A stretch of DNA of 64,000 bases. Origin: Bigelowiella natans CCMP2755. Taxonomy: Eukaryota; Protista; Cercozoa. The notes under the pieces are model-generated. The model did no database searches. It was not told the origin of the DNA and saw only the letters and a program-made list of their open reading frames with translations. Where the stretch lies: contig ADNK01001115.1 of assembly GCA_000320545.1 (NCBI GenBank), forward strand, positions 3,584-67,583. The letters run 5' to 3'. The translations under genes and the position numbers were made by a program. Every line of letters begins with the position of its first letter. Within the stretch, counting starts at the first letter, position 1. Positions 1 through 12,964 of this stretch are shown here, in pieces.

Positions 1-1489
1 ACAGTCAACTCGAGAAGCGATCGAACACTTGTTGGCGAGGTATCGCGATATGCGTCCTTTGTTCTTCGGTTGAGCTCGGCCAATAAATGTCGAGTGGTAA
101 ATCAGCCCATATTTAGGAGTGTTACCTTTCGTCTTCATGGCTCGGAAAAGAGCTTTTTCAGCTCCCAAGATTTGCACCGTCGATGCTGGATACTTCGCCA
201 GGTTTGTAAGGCTTCCTGCTTTCGAAATCAAGCGAGCACCCACCTGCTCTCCAATGAGAGCGGAGAGGTTTGGGGCACAGTCGCTCATTTTTTTGATGAG
301 GTAGTTATGAAGTTCTTTTCTGTATTCAGAGAGTGTGATCACTTTGTCTGCAAACCTTGAGATATTTAGCATATCAATCTCGGATAATTCATGACCCATA
401 CTCTTACGTGCAGCCTCTAAGACTTCTTTCGCTTTTCCAGCGTCCATTAGTATTTCCTCCATTTGAGGTAGCATTTCTTCATCAAGATTCTCCTTGTGCT
501 GGATCAGATTGGCTAAGCGCGCGAAGATGTAGTTATCCCCTGCAATCTTGACCAATTCGGGGAAGTGCCAGCCATACCATTCGCGAACTCTCATTGCAAA
601 CGTGTTTAAATCTTTGTCAAGTTGATCGAGTAGTGCGATACTCTGTATTATCATCATATCGACCCTGTGGACGTTGAATTTCACTTTACACCTCGAATAA
701 GAGTGACTCAGGGCAAGTTGTGTCTGATGAACATCCTCTGGGCCCAGCTTATCAATGAAGTTGTGGAAGAAAAGTCTGATTCCTCGCAGAAGCTCCTCGG
801 CCTTCTCATTGGAGATTACCTGGTTCATAAAAATATCAGTGTTTAGTGCCTACACTTCAGTTAAAATATTTAAAGTTATCCAATTGCAGACTAGATAAGT
901 TGTTGCCAACCCATTTTTCTGACCTTGATATCAAGAACTTCTTTGATCATGTTTCCAAGCTTCTTGTCCACCACCATTAGTTTAGGTCCCTTATTCTTTT
1001 TCTTTTTATCGTCTTTAGATTTCTTTTTCTTTCCCTGAAGTAAACAATGTCGAGTTTCAATTTGTTTGATTAAAATCAAAATCTTTTGAATGAGTACCGT
1101 TTTGAGATTCTGCTCAAGAAATTCTTTCAGGAGTGGGGTCATCTCTCCCTCAGTGATAGCGTTGATATTCTCAAGGGCATTCTCGGCGGAAGTGAAGGGC
1201 ATGAAAGCCTTGAGCTTAACGATTTTGCTAAATCTGTTGAGTTCTAAAACGCTCTTGCGAACCTCATCTGAGCAATGTAGAAACAACAAATGTAATTTAC
1301 AAAAGATACACCAGGTAAAATGGCGTGAAACGTGGAGAAGAACTTCATAATCTATCTGTTTATGAAACTCCCTGAGCTTTAATATTTGTTGTCAGCGTTA
1401 TAACCTAGAGAGGATCCGATGTCCTCGGACTGAATCATCTCAAAGAGCCCATAGCCCGAAGCGGACTCAAACAAAATGAAGGTCGCCAT
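1..1489 (-). CDS. NOP56: Nucleolar protein 56 (box C/D snoRNP core); multi-exon, 3' end outside window
   Basis: ATG at 1489 gives [16 protein letters not shown]. Later exons give [52 protein letters not shown] and the Nop domain ([55 protein letters not shown]). KFNVHRVD favours NOP56 over NOP58. GT-AG introns include 1404-1268 and 1097-1035. Confidence 0.95.
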
Positions 1490-2237
1490 TGCAGGCGGCA
1501 CTTGTATTGGTTGTTCGATCGATTCTAATCCCCGTTCCGGCAATTGCGAAACATGCGACATAGGAAGATTATGTAAATTTAGAACTTTTGGTTTTGTCGC
1601 ATTGATCTTATTAGTTGTATTTCGCCGCATCATTATATAAAATGGTAGCAGGACAATTTGAATAATCTTAAAGGGGGATTTCTGTCTCCTGGAGTTCGAC
1701 GGAGAGAAATCTACAGAGATTTGTCCTCCGTTTGCACTGCGGCCTCCCGATAAATTGACTGAAATGACGGGGATTTAGGAAATTATCTCCGAGCCGAGAA
1801 GGATGGGCATCATTCATTCATTCTCACACTTCTTCCTCCTTCTTTTTCTTCTTTGTCTTCTTCATTCCTTGTCGCAACTTTGGGTGCATGCGGAGTCCAT
1901 TCAGCCGGACATACTTTACTACGAGGGATCTCCTAGGATATTCTCGGAGCGGCGGAGCGGAGATGGAAAAACTTGAGTGGGCTGTTTACGATAGAAAAAG
2001 CTCATTATACCCAAGTATTTCTGTTAAAAACGCATCTATTTGCTGATGATTTGAGCAAGTTACAGACTTGCCAACTCTCCAGTTTCAGAAACGGACGCGT
2101 AAGGCACAGGCGCATGTGGGCAGATTTGCTGAAATTTCCCTCCTAGGAGCCATACGCAAGATACACGTACCTGTGGGATTGTGAACCGCGGAGAACACAA
2201 ATCTGGGGAACTCCGACTCAAAGATTGAACAGCGGCC

Positions 2238-3533
2238 ATGTTAGGATCTCATGATGTTGACGGCAAGGCCGCTGGTAAGAATACAACATATGTGCGCCTT
2301 GAGAATTTTGAGAAAGCGAAGGGCTTGGAGGGGTCAGAAGATGCCAAGGCCGCTGGATTACACATTTCTCGCTCTGAGATTCGTCGCTTAGTGGAGGAGG
2401 AGGTTAGCAGACGTCTCGGTTGCTTTGGCGGGCATGTCAAAAACAAAAGCAGGAAGCACCAAAGTCGTTTTGGAGGCCAAGATTTTAAAAAAAGAGTTCC
2501 ATTGCGTCTTGACAACAAGTGGGAGGCGGGGTTGTTCATCGGGATGCTGTTGTTCCTCCTGACAATCCTAGTGGTTGTTGCAGTTATTCTCGCTGGGAAA
2601 TTAGATCAGCGGTCAATCTCGGCCTACACTCGTAATATTGAACCCGGAGACAAACTTGAGACTTACAAGATATTCCTCGGACAAGCTGCGGATTCAAAGA
2701 CCTGCCCTCCGCCCCTAGTGTACTTAGGGAACGACACGGTTATTAATTACACGTTCTCTGCATCCATAAATGCCGCGTATAAGCAGCCAGTGCGTATGTG
2801 GGAGCTTGATCCCTTTAGTGCTGTAGGCGGATTTCCAAAGCGACGAAATGACACCTTCAGTGCTGATCCTACAATTCCTATTTTCTTCCAAATATTCGTG
2901 AGAACAAATCATGACGGAAAGAAGCCCTTATCCATAGACGACAGATACGTTCTACCTTACAAATTGAAAAATTACACGTCTTTCAGATGCAACTCGTTCT
3001 ACTACTTCTTTGGCAATAGCATTGAAGATTGGAAAACGTCAAAAGTCGGTCAAATATATTTGAATGGCAAAGGCATGATGGTGACTGAACCCACAATAGT
3101 GTACACACCAGACGGGAAACGAGAATTCAGCTCGAGCATAGTCGAGTTTATGAGATTTGCTGGGCCTGAATACAAACTCATTTGCGATATGTACCTAAAT
3201 GCCACCGGGCAAAGAGGCTCCACCAATACAAACCAGTGTAAATTCGAAGCTTTGGCACAGCACTGGGGAGATCCGAATATGTTTCTCACTGAAAGCGTCA
3301 ACGCCATCTTATTATACTATAGAGATCAGCCGACAACAATCCGAGGATACAAGTACATACAAATATACTCCCCTACGCAGTATCTTCAGAACATACTCGC
3401 TATGGTCAACGGGATCTTCTTTCTCATGAACTTTGTCTTCACAAATGCTGTTAGTGTTCCATGGCATTTCAAGTTTGGGGAAAGAGCAGCGCAAGTGAAG
3501 CGATTCATAGAACATCTTGGGAAGAGTGCCTAG
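2238..3533 (+). CDS. Intronless 431-aa orphan membrane protein with two TM helices flanking a large loop
   Basis: Long uninterrupted ORF. Hydrophobic segments AGLFIGMLLFLLTILVVVAVILAG and YLQNILAMVNGIFFLMNFVF; several NxS/T sequons in the loop. No family recognised. Confidence 0.75.
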   Translation: MLGSHDVDGKAAGKNTTYVRLENFEKAKGLEGSEDAKAAGLHISRSEIRRLVEEEVSRRLGCFGGHVKNKSRKHQSRFGGQDFKKRVPLRLDNKWEAGLFIGMLLFLLTILVVVAVILAGKLDQRSISAYTRNIEPGDKLETYKIFLGQAADSKTCPPPLVYLGNDTVINYTFSASINAAYKQPVRMWELDPFSAVGGFPKRRNDTFSADPTIPIFFQIFVRTNHDGKKPLSIDDRYVLPYKLKNYTSFRCNSFYYFFGNSIEDWKTSKVGQIYLNGKGMMVTEPTIVYTPDGKREFSSSIVEFMRFAGPEYKLICDMYLNATGQRGSTNTNQCKFEALAQHWGDPNMFLTESVNAILLYYRDQPTTIRGYKYIQIYSPTQYLQNILAMVNGIFFLMNFVFTNAVSVPWHFKFGERAAQVKRFIEHLGKSA

Positions 3534-3670
3534 GTACTTCGGCTGGAACTGGATACATCATCAGCCAATTAATGAACGTTGTCTTAGATCGGCAGCCAGC
3601 TGTCTCTTCCAAACGCCCAGGATCATGCAGAGTAATATAGAGGTCGTCGGCCGTGCTATGCTATGTGGTG

Positions 3671-3760
3671 TGTGAGGCGGATGCAATGAATCGAAGTAAT
3701 TAAATGTTTTCGATATGGTCATCCTGATCTAGCTATGCAAAACCGCGGCTACAGCGCTTA
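3671..3760 (+). repeat. Dispersed ~90-bp two-hairpin element, copy A
   Basis: tgtgaggcggatgcaatgaa..ttaaat..atggtcatcctgatctagctatgcaa..gcggctacagcgctta aligns by eye with copies at 13342, 35880 and 51216. Confidence 0.85.
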
Positions 3761-3966
3761 TGTACAATCCAAATAGTTTTAAGCAAATGAGGTAAACATC
3801 GTACAAAAAAATGCTGTTGCTTTACGATACGACCTACATGTCGCGGCGGCTTGTGCTATGTCGCCGATCGATGCGATATGCGTGCATTGTGTACGTCGCA
3901 TCGTCGCATTCCATGGGAATCCCCAAAGCGGCTAACATTACACACGACGCAACACAGCACTATGCG

Positions 3967-3999
3967 ATTTAATTGATCGATTAACTACATCCGTTTTAC
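3967..3999 (-). repeat. Partial (5' end) inverted copy of the dispersed element
   Basis: Reverse complement gtaaaacggatgtagttaatcgatcaattaaat matches gtaagacggatgtaattaatcaattaaat at ~51167. Confidence 0.7.
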
Positions 4000-4281
4000 G
4001 TTCTCGCGTCATGTAGTTCATCACGTGCATCGCCACAACAAATAGTTGCGTGGCTTGGACACGCATCATGCACTAGCTACTACTACCAGCTGCCATGCAC
4101 AACTCGCTTGCATTGTTGGTCTGTGATGATGTGCATGCGTCCACGGGCTGCGGTCTGCTACTGGGCATGCTATGCAATGCGCGCACGGCGAGTGCCGCCG
4201 TTGCGTGTCCATGACGCACAATGCAGCTGTCAAATGTTGCATCAATGAGAGTGAAAAGTCAACTACATATGTTCAGACAAA

Positions 4282-6584
4282 CTACATGTCATACGGCAAG
4301 TGATTTAGATTTTTCTTGCAGAAGTTAACGCACTCCCTTGCGATGTATTGCTTCTTTTCTTCCGGGAGCAGCGCGACTAGCTTGCTGAGAGATTTGGGAT
4401 CCTTTGCATTACCCTCATAGAGTTGCTGCAAGATGAACATATCAAAAATTAGAATCAGTTAATGGCAACGTAAGCACTCCATATCTGTCGAACCTGGAGA
4501 AGTTCTAAATCCTTCGGGTTTTTGGAACCGTTTGCTGCAATGTCTTGAATCCAATCGAACACGAACGCGTTGATTTTTTGACGTGCGCTCTGAAATCTAT
4601 CATGGAAGAGCGCCATCGACCACGTCTTTTGCAGGAATTCCATCACATCCGTTTTCTGAGGTGAGAGGAAGATTAGAATGGATGAGTCTGCCAACACATG
4701 ATGCTGCGTACTCTACTGCTACTTCTAGCACGGTGTTCTAACGAAAATCGTCTGGTAGTGCTCAGTGATGTGTGTGTAAATAAACCTTATCCTTCGCAAT
4801 TTCAAAAATACCGTTGAGGTATGTGAAGGGAAGCCCCAAAATACCCTGGAGTTTATGGGACGAGACGCTCTCCTGGCCAATGTACCTGGAAGAAAAGAGT
4901 GAGTCGTCAAAACGGAGAGGGAGGGAGGGGAGATGCAGAAAGGAAGAGAAGGAACATTTTTTGAACGAATGTGTGAGCACACGAAACTCTTTCTTCCCTC
5001 TTCCTAAAAATCTGAAATCCGAACAAGGACAAACGTTCTCGAGATGTCGTCCATTTTTTTAGATTTTTTTGTTTGGTATTTACGTGATGCTCTGCAGGAT
5101 TCCATTGTTGAAGACCATATTATAGCATTGTGAACGCCTTGATATAGTAGAAACATCAGAGAGTAGTTAGTCGAAATCATGGAAAGAACGGACACCATCT
5201 TCCGTGACCCACTTGTTTTGCTATGCATACAAAGCAGAGGCTCTAGGCTCTAAATCGGTATGCTGCTACCATTATTACTACTACTACTACTACTACTACT
5301 ACTACCACTCTATCTACTGCCGACACTACTACTTATTATACTACTAATACCCCTCGCGCTCGATGATGTGAGTGTCTTTGTTCTTTTTGCTGGAGGAGTA
5401 CGACGGTATGTGTGAATGGAAAAAATTAAGTCCCCCCGGATAAGTGGCGACCGTGGCCACGGGAGCGTTGAAACCACGCAGCCGCGCCCCCTGCAAAACA
5501 TGAGAGAAACGAGGTATTAGTTCTTGAATCTGACGAGTCCCATCACCGACGAGAAGATAGAATAAATGCCTTGGTTTTGTGAGCATCATCATCCTCCTCC
5601 TCTTGCTCCGTTACTATGGAGTCGATGAGTCGCTCAGCGACGCGGAACCCGACCTATGTGCCATGGAGAAGAATGTGGCCGTGAAAAACAGTGTTAGATC
5701 AAGCTGGCTTGCTGGAGGACCGAAGACGAAGGAGCATCTAGCTTCTTAGAGTGTACAGGTGAGAGGCGACATGAAGTGGCAAAGAGCCCTTTACACGCAA
5801 CGCACACACGCACATATGTACAATCAATACACGCACACACACCTCGACGGGATTGTAACATTCCATTGGCAGCATCTTGCCCTCCTTCCGCGAAAACTTT
5901 GCCATGGTACCAGCAGAGAGGATAAACGGATCTAACAGCGTGCACGTTGTTGTATCATAATCATCACTACTGATAACGAGACATATCGTCGCGTCTCATG
6001 ATTTCCCACTCGCTGGCATCGTCTTTAAAGTCGAGGTTATTCTTACCGTGAGTTTTGAAGTCCTTATCAACGACCAAGCGGCCATCGTACACTAGCGAAT
6101 TATCTGCGATGACGCGGTACATCGTCTCGCTGACATTTGGGCGCGCGCAGCAAGCCAGAACGCCACATGGGAACAAGCTTAAACCTGAAGTCGTACACAC
6201 ACACACACACAAACACATATTATATATATATATATATATATTATAATATCTTTCTCCCAAGCTCCACGCATATTCCCCCCCCCACCTTGGACGGAATCCT
6301 GCCCTTCTGTGAGTTGCTTGATGAAGTGTGGGTACTTCCCACGTCGACCAGCACCCGGTTTGAAGTGTATCCCCGAGAGATCACGCTCTTCGTGCCGCAC
6401 GGTGTAGATCCTGCCCTTTCCCAGACTGATGACGCCCATTTTTCGCAGCGACATGAGGACCATGCGCTCTACCTTCTGCGACCCCGCGTGCCAGGCAAAC
6501 AGCCTATCTATGTCGGAGGCGACGACGCTGCTGCTGGACTCCTCCTCCAGCCAGAAGATGCGCGATGCGTCAACACCTGTTCAG

Positions 6585-6617
<33 letters not shown>

Positions 6618-6922
6618 AGAAGAGTGACGCATTTGTCGCCGTTTGTCGTTGTGGAAGGGAGGGCGGACTAGGGAAGGAGGGGGGCTACCTTGATCGAGAA
6701 GGCCTCTTATCATCGTGAGTGCGTTTGGGGTCGAGCCGTACACGAGTACGTTTTTGGAACCAGGCCTCTGCCGAACATCTAGTTTCGCTTCTTTGCCTTG
6801 AATCATCTCACAGCACTCCTGGGCATTCTGGGGATTCTTAATGGAGAACACACCCGATATTTGGCTGGCAGGAGGCTCGACAATCTTGATATCCTCCTCC
6901 TGACACAAGTGACAAAGCAATT

Positions 6923-6969
<47 letters not shown>

Positions 6970-7452
6970 TTTTGGCGTCATTGTGTCCGTGTTAATTGGT
7001 GCCATTCTCTCTACTGCAAAGAACAGAATTGAATGGATTTGTTGACAATGAAGCATTGTAATTGGACCCACGTGGTGTGTGCGTGTGTGTGATTGCTCGA
7101 TCTAGTATTATTTATCGTGTGTGATTGGTAGATGAAATATAATAATTTCATCTGTTTCCTTCAATTTAGGTAGTAGTTCGATTACTTCTTCTTCGTCCTC
7201 ATCCTTCTCTTCCTCCTCCTCGTCATCGTCACCCTCCCCGGCCTCCTTCTTTGCTAGCTCTTCTGCCTTACGCTTGGCGTCCTCCGCCTTTCTCTTCAGC
7301 TCGTTGAGATAGAACTGCGACACAACCGACAACGGCTGCTCGCTATGATCTTCCAGAGCTGCAGAGAGCACCAGATGGTCGTATGGCACCTACACATATA
7401 ATAATGTACACCGCGCGCACACACACATCATGGCATATTCACAATATTCTCC

Positions 7453-7502
<50 letters not shown>

Positions 7503-10500
7503 GTCCGCTTGTTTTAAGTGAGCTTGCTGTGTCGTCGAAAAAGACAAACTTATCTTATTGTGCAAAGGGTCAAGCGAGAAGCTACTACATGGGGGAAGGA
7601 ATAGGGAGCGGAGGGGATGTATTTACTTACCAAAGTGCAGTTATCATCTAGGACAACAAACTTCTTCTCACGATCCAATGACTTGATGCTCGACTTCAGT
7701 ATCTTAACACGAGCACCAAACGCCAACCTGTTTAACTTCTGCTCTGGATACCTAGGAGGAGGGAGGGGAAGATGCACGACGGTAGTGTTAGTTGACCTTT
7801 GCGGTGCTAATTGCAGCTAATATTTTGGCGCGTGTATATGTGGAAGGGTAAGTGCAAAGTGAACGTATGTTTGCTGTGCGAGAGAGAAAAAGATAGAGTA
7901 GAAAACTAAGGCGATGAAGACATATTGTTTGTACATTGACCCACGAAAGTAAAGAATCTCTCAGAGAAATAAGCAACTACTTTGCTGTACTCAGAGAAAT
8001 AAGCAACTACTTTGCTGTATTCACTGACGAAAAAGAAGAATGCAGCAAATGCCTATTTATTCCTCCAGAGAAGAAACGAATGCCCTTCCCTTCGCTCTAA
8101 AAATCCCTCACATTACACATCACTCACTCGGAATCGATTGGGAAGAATTTCTCGCTGTCGCCATTCTTTTCGTTCGGGGAGATCATCGTAAGGGAGCGGA
8201 AGTTTGCACCCGGATTCGAGATCAAAGACTCGAGAAAAGCGAGGGCTGTTTGAGTCGCTCCGACAACTACGATGCGCGTGTTTACGGCAATGCGCGGCTC
8301 GTGTAGTAGACGCGCGGTAGTGAGAAAGAGCGCGAAGTCCAAGTTTCCCCGTTTCGATAACATGCCCCCTGCATCCTTGTCACTAAGCGCCGGCCGCGGT
8401 ACGCACTTGGCCTTGCCCTTCGGAGGAGCGGGAATCTTGCGCGGCGCAACTTGCAGCATTTCGTCGACTAGCAACTGGCTGCTGCTGCTGCTGCTGGTGT
8501 CACTTGGGAAAACACGATAGTAGAGCACGTTTTTCGAGAACTGGCGCATCACCTCGGCAAGAATGGTTTTGCGCTGGCTCTCAAATAAAGGATCGAGGGC
8601 ACAGTGAATGATAGTTGCATGGTCCTCAGAAGGATTTCCTTCCATCGACACTGCATCTTGCACTGCGTACTCGGAGCAGAGCCACGCGGCCTCCCGCTTT
8701 GTGTCCTCGCCCTCAACGATGATTACACCTGCGAACTGATTGTCAAAGGAAACAGTGAACGCTCCGCGAGCGGGCAGAGTATCAGCAGCTTGCTTTTCCT
8801 GGCAGGCAACGCAGTCACGCGCGTCTACGATGATGTCAGCAGCATTGTCAACTCCTTCTAGCATGCCGCGCAAGGGGATCAGGTCTCCCCGCTTTGCCCA
8901 CTCGACGGAGATTCCCATAGCTCCCAAAACGGCGACGCGGTGTATGAGAAACAGCGAGTGCGAGAACGTAGTGGAGGGCAGCGGTTGGATGTAAGTGAAG
9001 CTATGCAGCAGCTCAACTTCACTCACTGAATGCGGCATTGTTAGGATACAATAGTCGTGCTCTGGAAATCTCTTGAAGATCTCTCCTAGAAACACGCCTC
9101 CGAGAGTTTCGTATTGGCTGTCGAGGCAGTAGAGCGTGATGCACACAGCGTTCCCAGCAGCTGTGCTCGTGCTCCCGTCCGTCACCGGTTTCTTCTCGTT
9201 GGAGTGCTTGCTGTCTGCTTTGCCCTCGGGTGGGGACGTTGTCCATTCACCCATCGTTAAGATCTTCTTTAATTCTTCGTCGAGCTGCACGCTCCCCCCC
9301 TCCTTTGTTTCTCCTACTAGTCCTGCGTACCTCGAAATCGCGTGCACATACTTGGGGTCGACTGCCTTCGCACCGCTGGCAGATGCCACCTGACGGCAGA
9401 GATACTTAAACTTTTCTATGTCGCATGGTGCGTCCGGGGTTTCGAGCGCCGGCTTGAGCGCCTCTTGCATTTTTTCATCGAGCGACGAAAGCTCCTCTTG
9501 CTTCACCGCGGTGCCTCCTTCTATTGAAGGCTCGTTTCTAGCTGCGGAGACTAGGCATGCGGCGACAAGCTGCATGGGAATGTGCTCATTCCACTTGCTC
9601 ACGAAGTACTTCTGCTCTTTCTTCTCCTCCTCCTTCTCCTCCTCTGCATCGTCCATCGTCATGGCTAACAACAATGGGCAAAAGATTCAGGGAGGGTTGT
9701 GAATATTGCTGAATTTGATAATTGCTTCAACCAAAATGCATCCACAATAATGGCAGGAAATGGAAAAGAATGCAAAGTCTCTCCCCAAACAAGCACTACA
9801 TGTAGTAAAATACCCGGCGCTGCTTCGTCCTCTTCTTGAACCTCGTCCTTCTTCTCGGCCTCCTCCATCTCCTTCCGCAGCTTTTCTACGTCAATACTGG
9901 AGACAAAGGCGCGAACGATACTCTTGTGAATCCCCTTGTAAAGCTTAGAGAAGATGCTTTGGAATAGCGCTCCTTTAGAGAGAGCTTTCTCTGTCTCGAG
10001 CGCACTGAGATCCTCCAGATAACCGAGGTCGAACGAGTTGCTAGAGGCTACATCCACCTCAGCGCTCTCAATAGGCTTTGCTAAATAATTGTAAGGGGCA
10101 AGATCGAAGGAATCGGCGAGGATCTTCGTGTCAAGGTCGCTTGTGACGCTCATTAACCCCACTGGCTTTCCTTGGACCTCAGCCACCAGCACCTGATTTG
10201 ACTTATTTTGCGCCTCGATAATTCTTGTCAAATAGAATTCTCCATATGTTTCCGTTAGCAGTTCGCTCTGCTCGTTGAAGATAGGCGTAAGATCATCATG
10301 GTCTTCGACCCTAGCCGTACGCACCTTCAGCTGAGGCCTGTAGTTTGTGGAGAAGCTCACGAACATGCGCGGCTCACCCTCAACCTCCTTCTCAGGTGTC
10401 ATTTCCTCAAACATATCTCTCTCTTGAATGGGACCGAACGGCGTGACTCCAGGAATGATGGCATAAAGGATGGCCTCAACGTGGTTGAACGTGTTGTAGA

Positions 10501-10992
10501 CTGCTGAGAGGATACTGTCGGCGGCCTCCTGTTCGTATAGAGCAGTGGCGGCGAAGAAAGAGAGCCAGATCGTGTTGCCAGGTCCGAGGCCAGTAGCATC
10601 GCCAAATTTATTTCTAAACCAGGATCCCCATGCCCCCTTTCGGAGTTCCTTGTGCTCCCCACTCGTAGATGGGAAATTTGTGAATGCACCGAAGCCGACG
10701 GTTTCGCCTTCCTCGTTTATGGCAGTGATTGCGATCACCGAGTTCTCTCTACGCATTGGTAGTAGCAAAGGGTAACAAATTGCACGTAAGTATAAACTTA
10801 TTTTGATCACATAAGTACACACACGCGCACGCACACACAACCTTTTTCTCACCCTGACAACTACGAATCGTGCACTCACATTAATTGGTCGATATCATAT
10901 GCGCCGAAGCGCTTGGCCAGAACTTTTTCATCACCCTTGATGAGGTACTTCACACCCTTCTCATCCTCGGGGTTGGCTCGGCGAATCTCCAT
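4282..10992 (-). CDS. CFAP61: Cilia- and flagella-associated protein 61 (CSC/radial spoke associated), multi-exon
   Basis: MEIRRANPED..ENSVIAITAINEEGETVGFGAFTNFP; VRTARVEDHDDLTPIFNEQSELLTETYGEFYLTRIIEAQ; NAVCITLYCLDSQYE; EPRIAVNTRIVVVGA (Rossmann-like); PYDHLVL; DNSLVYDGRLVVDKDFKT; WSMALFHDRF; C-terminal NLNHLPYDM*. Confidence 0.92.
7960..8019. repeat. Perfect 30-bp tandem duplication in a CFAP61 intron
   Basis: ctcagagaaataagcaactactttgctgta x2. Confidence 0.9.
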
Positions 10993-11528
10993 ATGGGTGG
11001 ATCGAGTCGCCGCTGGAACCGGGTCGGGTGGGGGGCAAAGCGTTTCGCTGTTGAAAACTGCTACAATTGCTGCCCAGAAAAAACCCTCTGCATTTCTCTC
11101 TGAAATACAGGCTAACCATCTCTATTCACTCAATTTTACGCATGCAATGTGAGTTCCTACGTCAATAGATATCGAATGTTTCAATGGTAAAATCCCCTAT
11201 AATGATGCATTTTTTATCGGGTTTCGGGAGCGGAGACACCGAGACGCAAAGGATAAACGACATGCATTTTGTGGAGGTGTTGCCGAACACCGAACACATA
11301 TCTGTCGCCCGAATTTTCCCCATTGGGAATGCGATTTTTCCTTACGACAACATTGAAGAGCATTATTTTCACAAGAAACGGGAATCTGATTATGATTCAG
11401 CCTGTTGCTGATCCACGAGCTTCGCCCATCCCCCAAAAGGAACAGCACTTAGCAGACTCGCACCTGACCTGTCAGCCCGCCGCCGGGACTATTCCCAAGG
11501 CTTAACACCCAATAATCCGGAGTGAATA

Positions 11529-11889
11529 ATGGACAAAGAGGCCCCAGATGTAGGGCAGGAGCAGTTGCCAGGTCCATCCGACTTCATTGGCGAGGGCAAG
11601 GAGGAGGATATTGGTAAGCTTTCATATTGTGAGGAATTGAGGTTGTAACCCAATCACCTTCATGTCCTGTGGTATCTACTGAAGGCATTGGAGATCTCGA
11701 TGAGGTGCGAGCTGAACCGTTGCGGGGACAGGTACAGCATGAACGTTGAGAGAAAGAGGGCTGAGCCGTATAGAACCCCTGTGCGCGTGCACACAGATGT
11801 AGAGGGTAACTATTGAGGAGATTGCAAACGTGGGAGTTACGCACGCGGAGGGACCTTGTTCTATCAATATACCGAACATGCAAACACAC

Positions 11890-11931
<42 letters not shown>

Positions 11932-12964
11932 AGCGTGTAAAAACTGCAAGCTGTCGTTCATGAATGTAATGATAAATACAAAGGCTTCTGGGCCTCCTGG
12001 AAACGACATCCCAGAGATCAAATATGGATTGACGGCCATGGTCATCGAGGTGCTCATATTCTGGGTAGTCTCCTTTGCAGTCTCCGTATCGGTCGGAGTT
12101 GTCTACCCGTTCTTGTTCTTGGTTTGTATTCCTCTTGGCTTGTACGTCAAGGAAAGCAAGGACATCATACATTTCACGGCCCCCGCCGGTACCTTCGCCT
12201 TCGGATACATTCCCGGGATGATCATCATCTGGTTCGTCGAGACCATTCTCTTCGTGATCTGTATTCAAGTCTTCTTCGCTTTCGGGGTCAACACCTCGCC
12301 CGATTCTACTTCGGAGGAGAGGGACGACGGTTTCATCATCTTCTGGCTTTTCGCATCATTCTTCGTATTCGCAGTAACAACTGAGGTGGGGAAGTACCTC
12401 ATCCTCAAATACGCTCGACTTGTGTGGCCCAACGCTTTAGAGATGAAGGGGAGCATCATCATGACAGTTGCAGGGGCTTTAGGGTTCTCCATCAGCAATA
12501 ACGTTATATTACTGCTCATTCACGCCTCTTACGAAAATTGGGACATCGGCACGACCTTTCTGTGGGCGATATACCTATCGTTTGTCCTCGACACAGTGCA
12601 CTGCCTCACCGCCTACTACATAGCCCTCTCCGTTATCAGAAAGGAGATTTTCGACCACGACTTGAAGCTTTATCACATTCTCTCGGTTCCGATCATTGCT
12701 AGAGGAATCTTAGTTTTTTGTAGCTCACCCATAGCAGCTTTTCTCAACGGCGCAGTGATGTGGACGGTCATTATCATCGTGGAACTCGTCATCATCGCTG
12801 GCTTACTTCTTCTCATCAAGCATTCACAATCGAAACTCCCCCGCGAGCATATCGAGAGGGGTGGCTATTTTACGGTGCTTGGCGTGGGCTCCGAACCCGA
12901 ATCAATGAACTTGGAGCTTGAAGAAGGCGTTAATGAGGGAAAGGAGGTTGAGGTGCAAAATTGA
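11529..12964 (+). CDS. PrsW-family-like multi-pass membrane protein, probably catalytically degenerate; 5' exons inferred, main exon ~11951-12964
   Basis: About 8 hydrophobic helices. Positional equivalents of the PrsW motifs are TTEVGKY, GALGFSISNN, DTVHCLT and IIARGIL. Putative upstream exons 11529-11613 and 11685-11731. Confidence 0.65.

Noticed and set aside
1268-1404. Possible intronic box C/D snoRNA in NOP56
   Set aside because: No convincing RUGAUGA/CUGA pair with a terminal stem
7960-8030. 30-bp duplication as a CRISPR-like repeat or CFAP61 microexon
   Set aside because: Two adjacent copies with no spacer; the flanking exons already splice in frame (IDSE-YPEQK)
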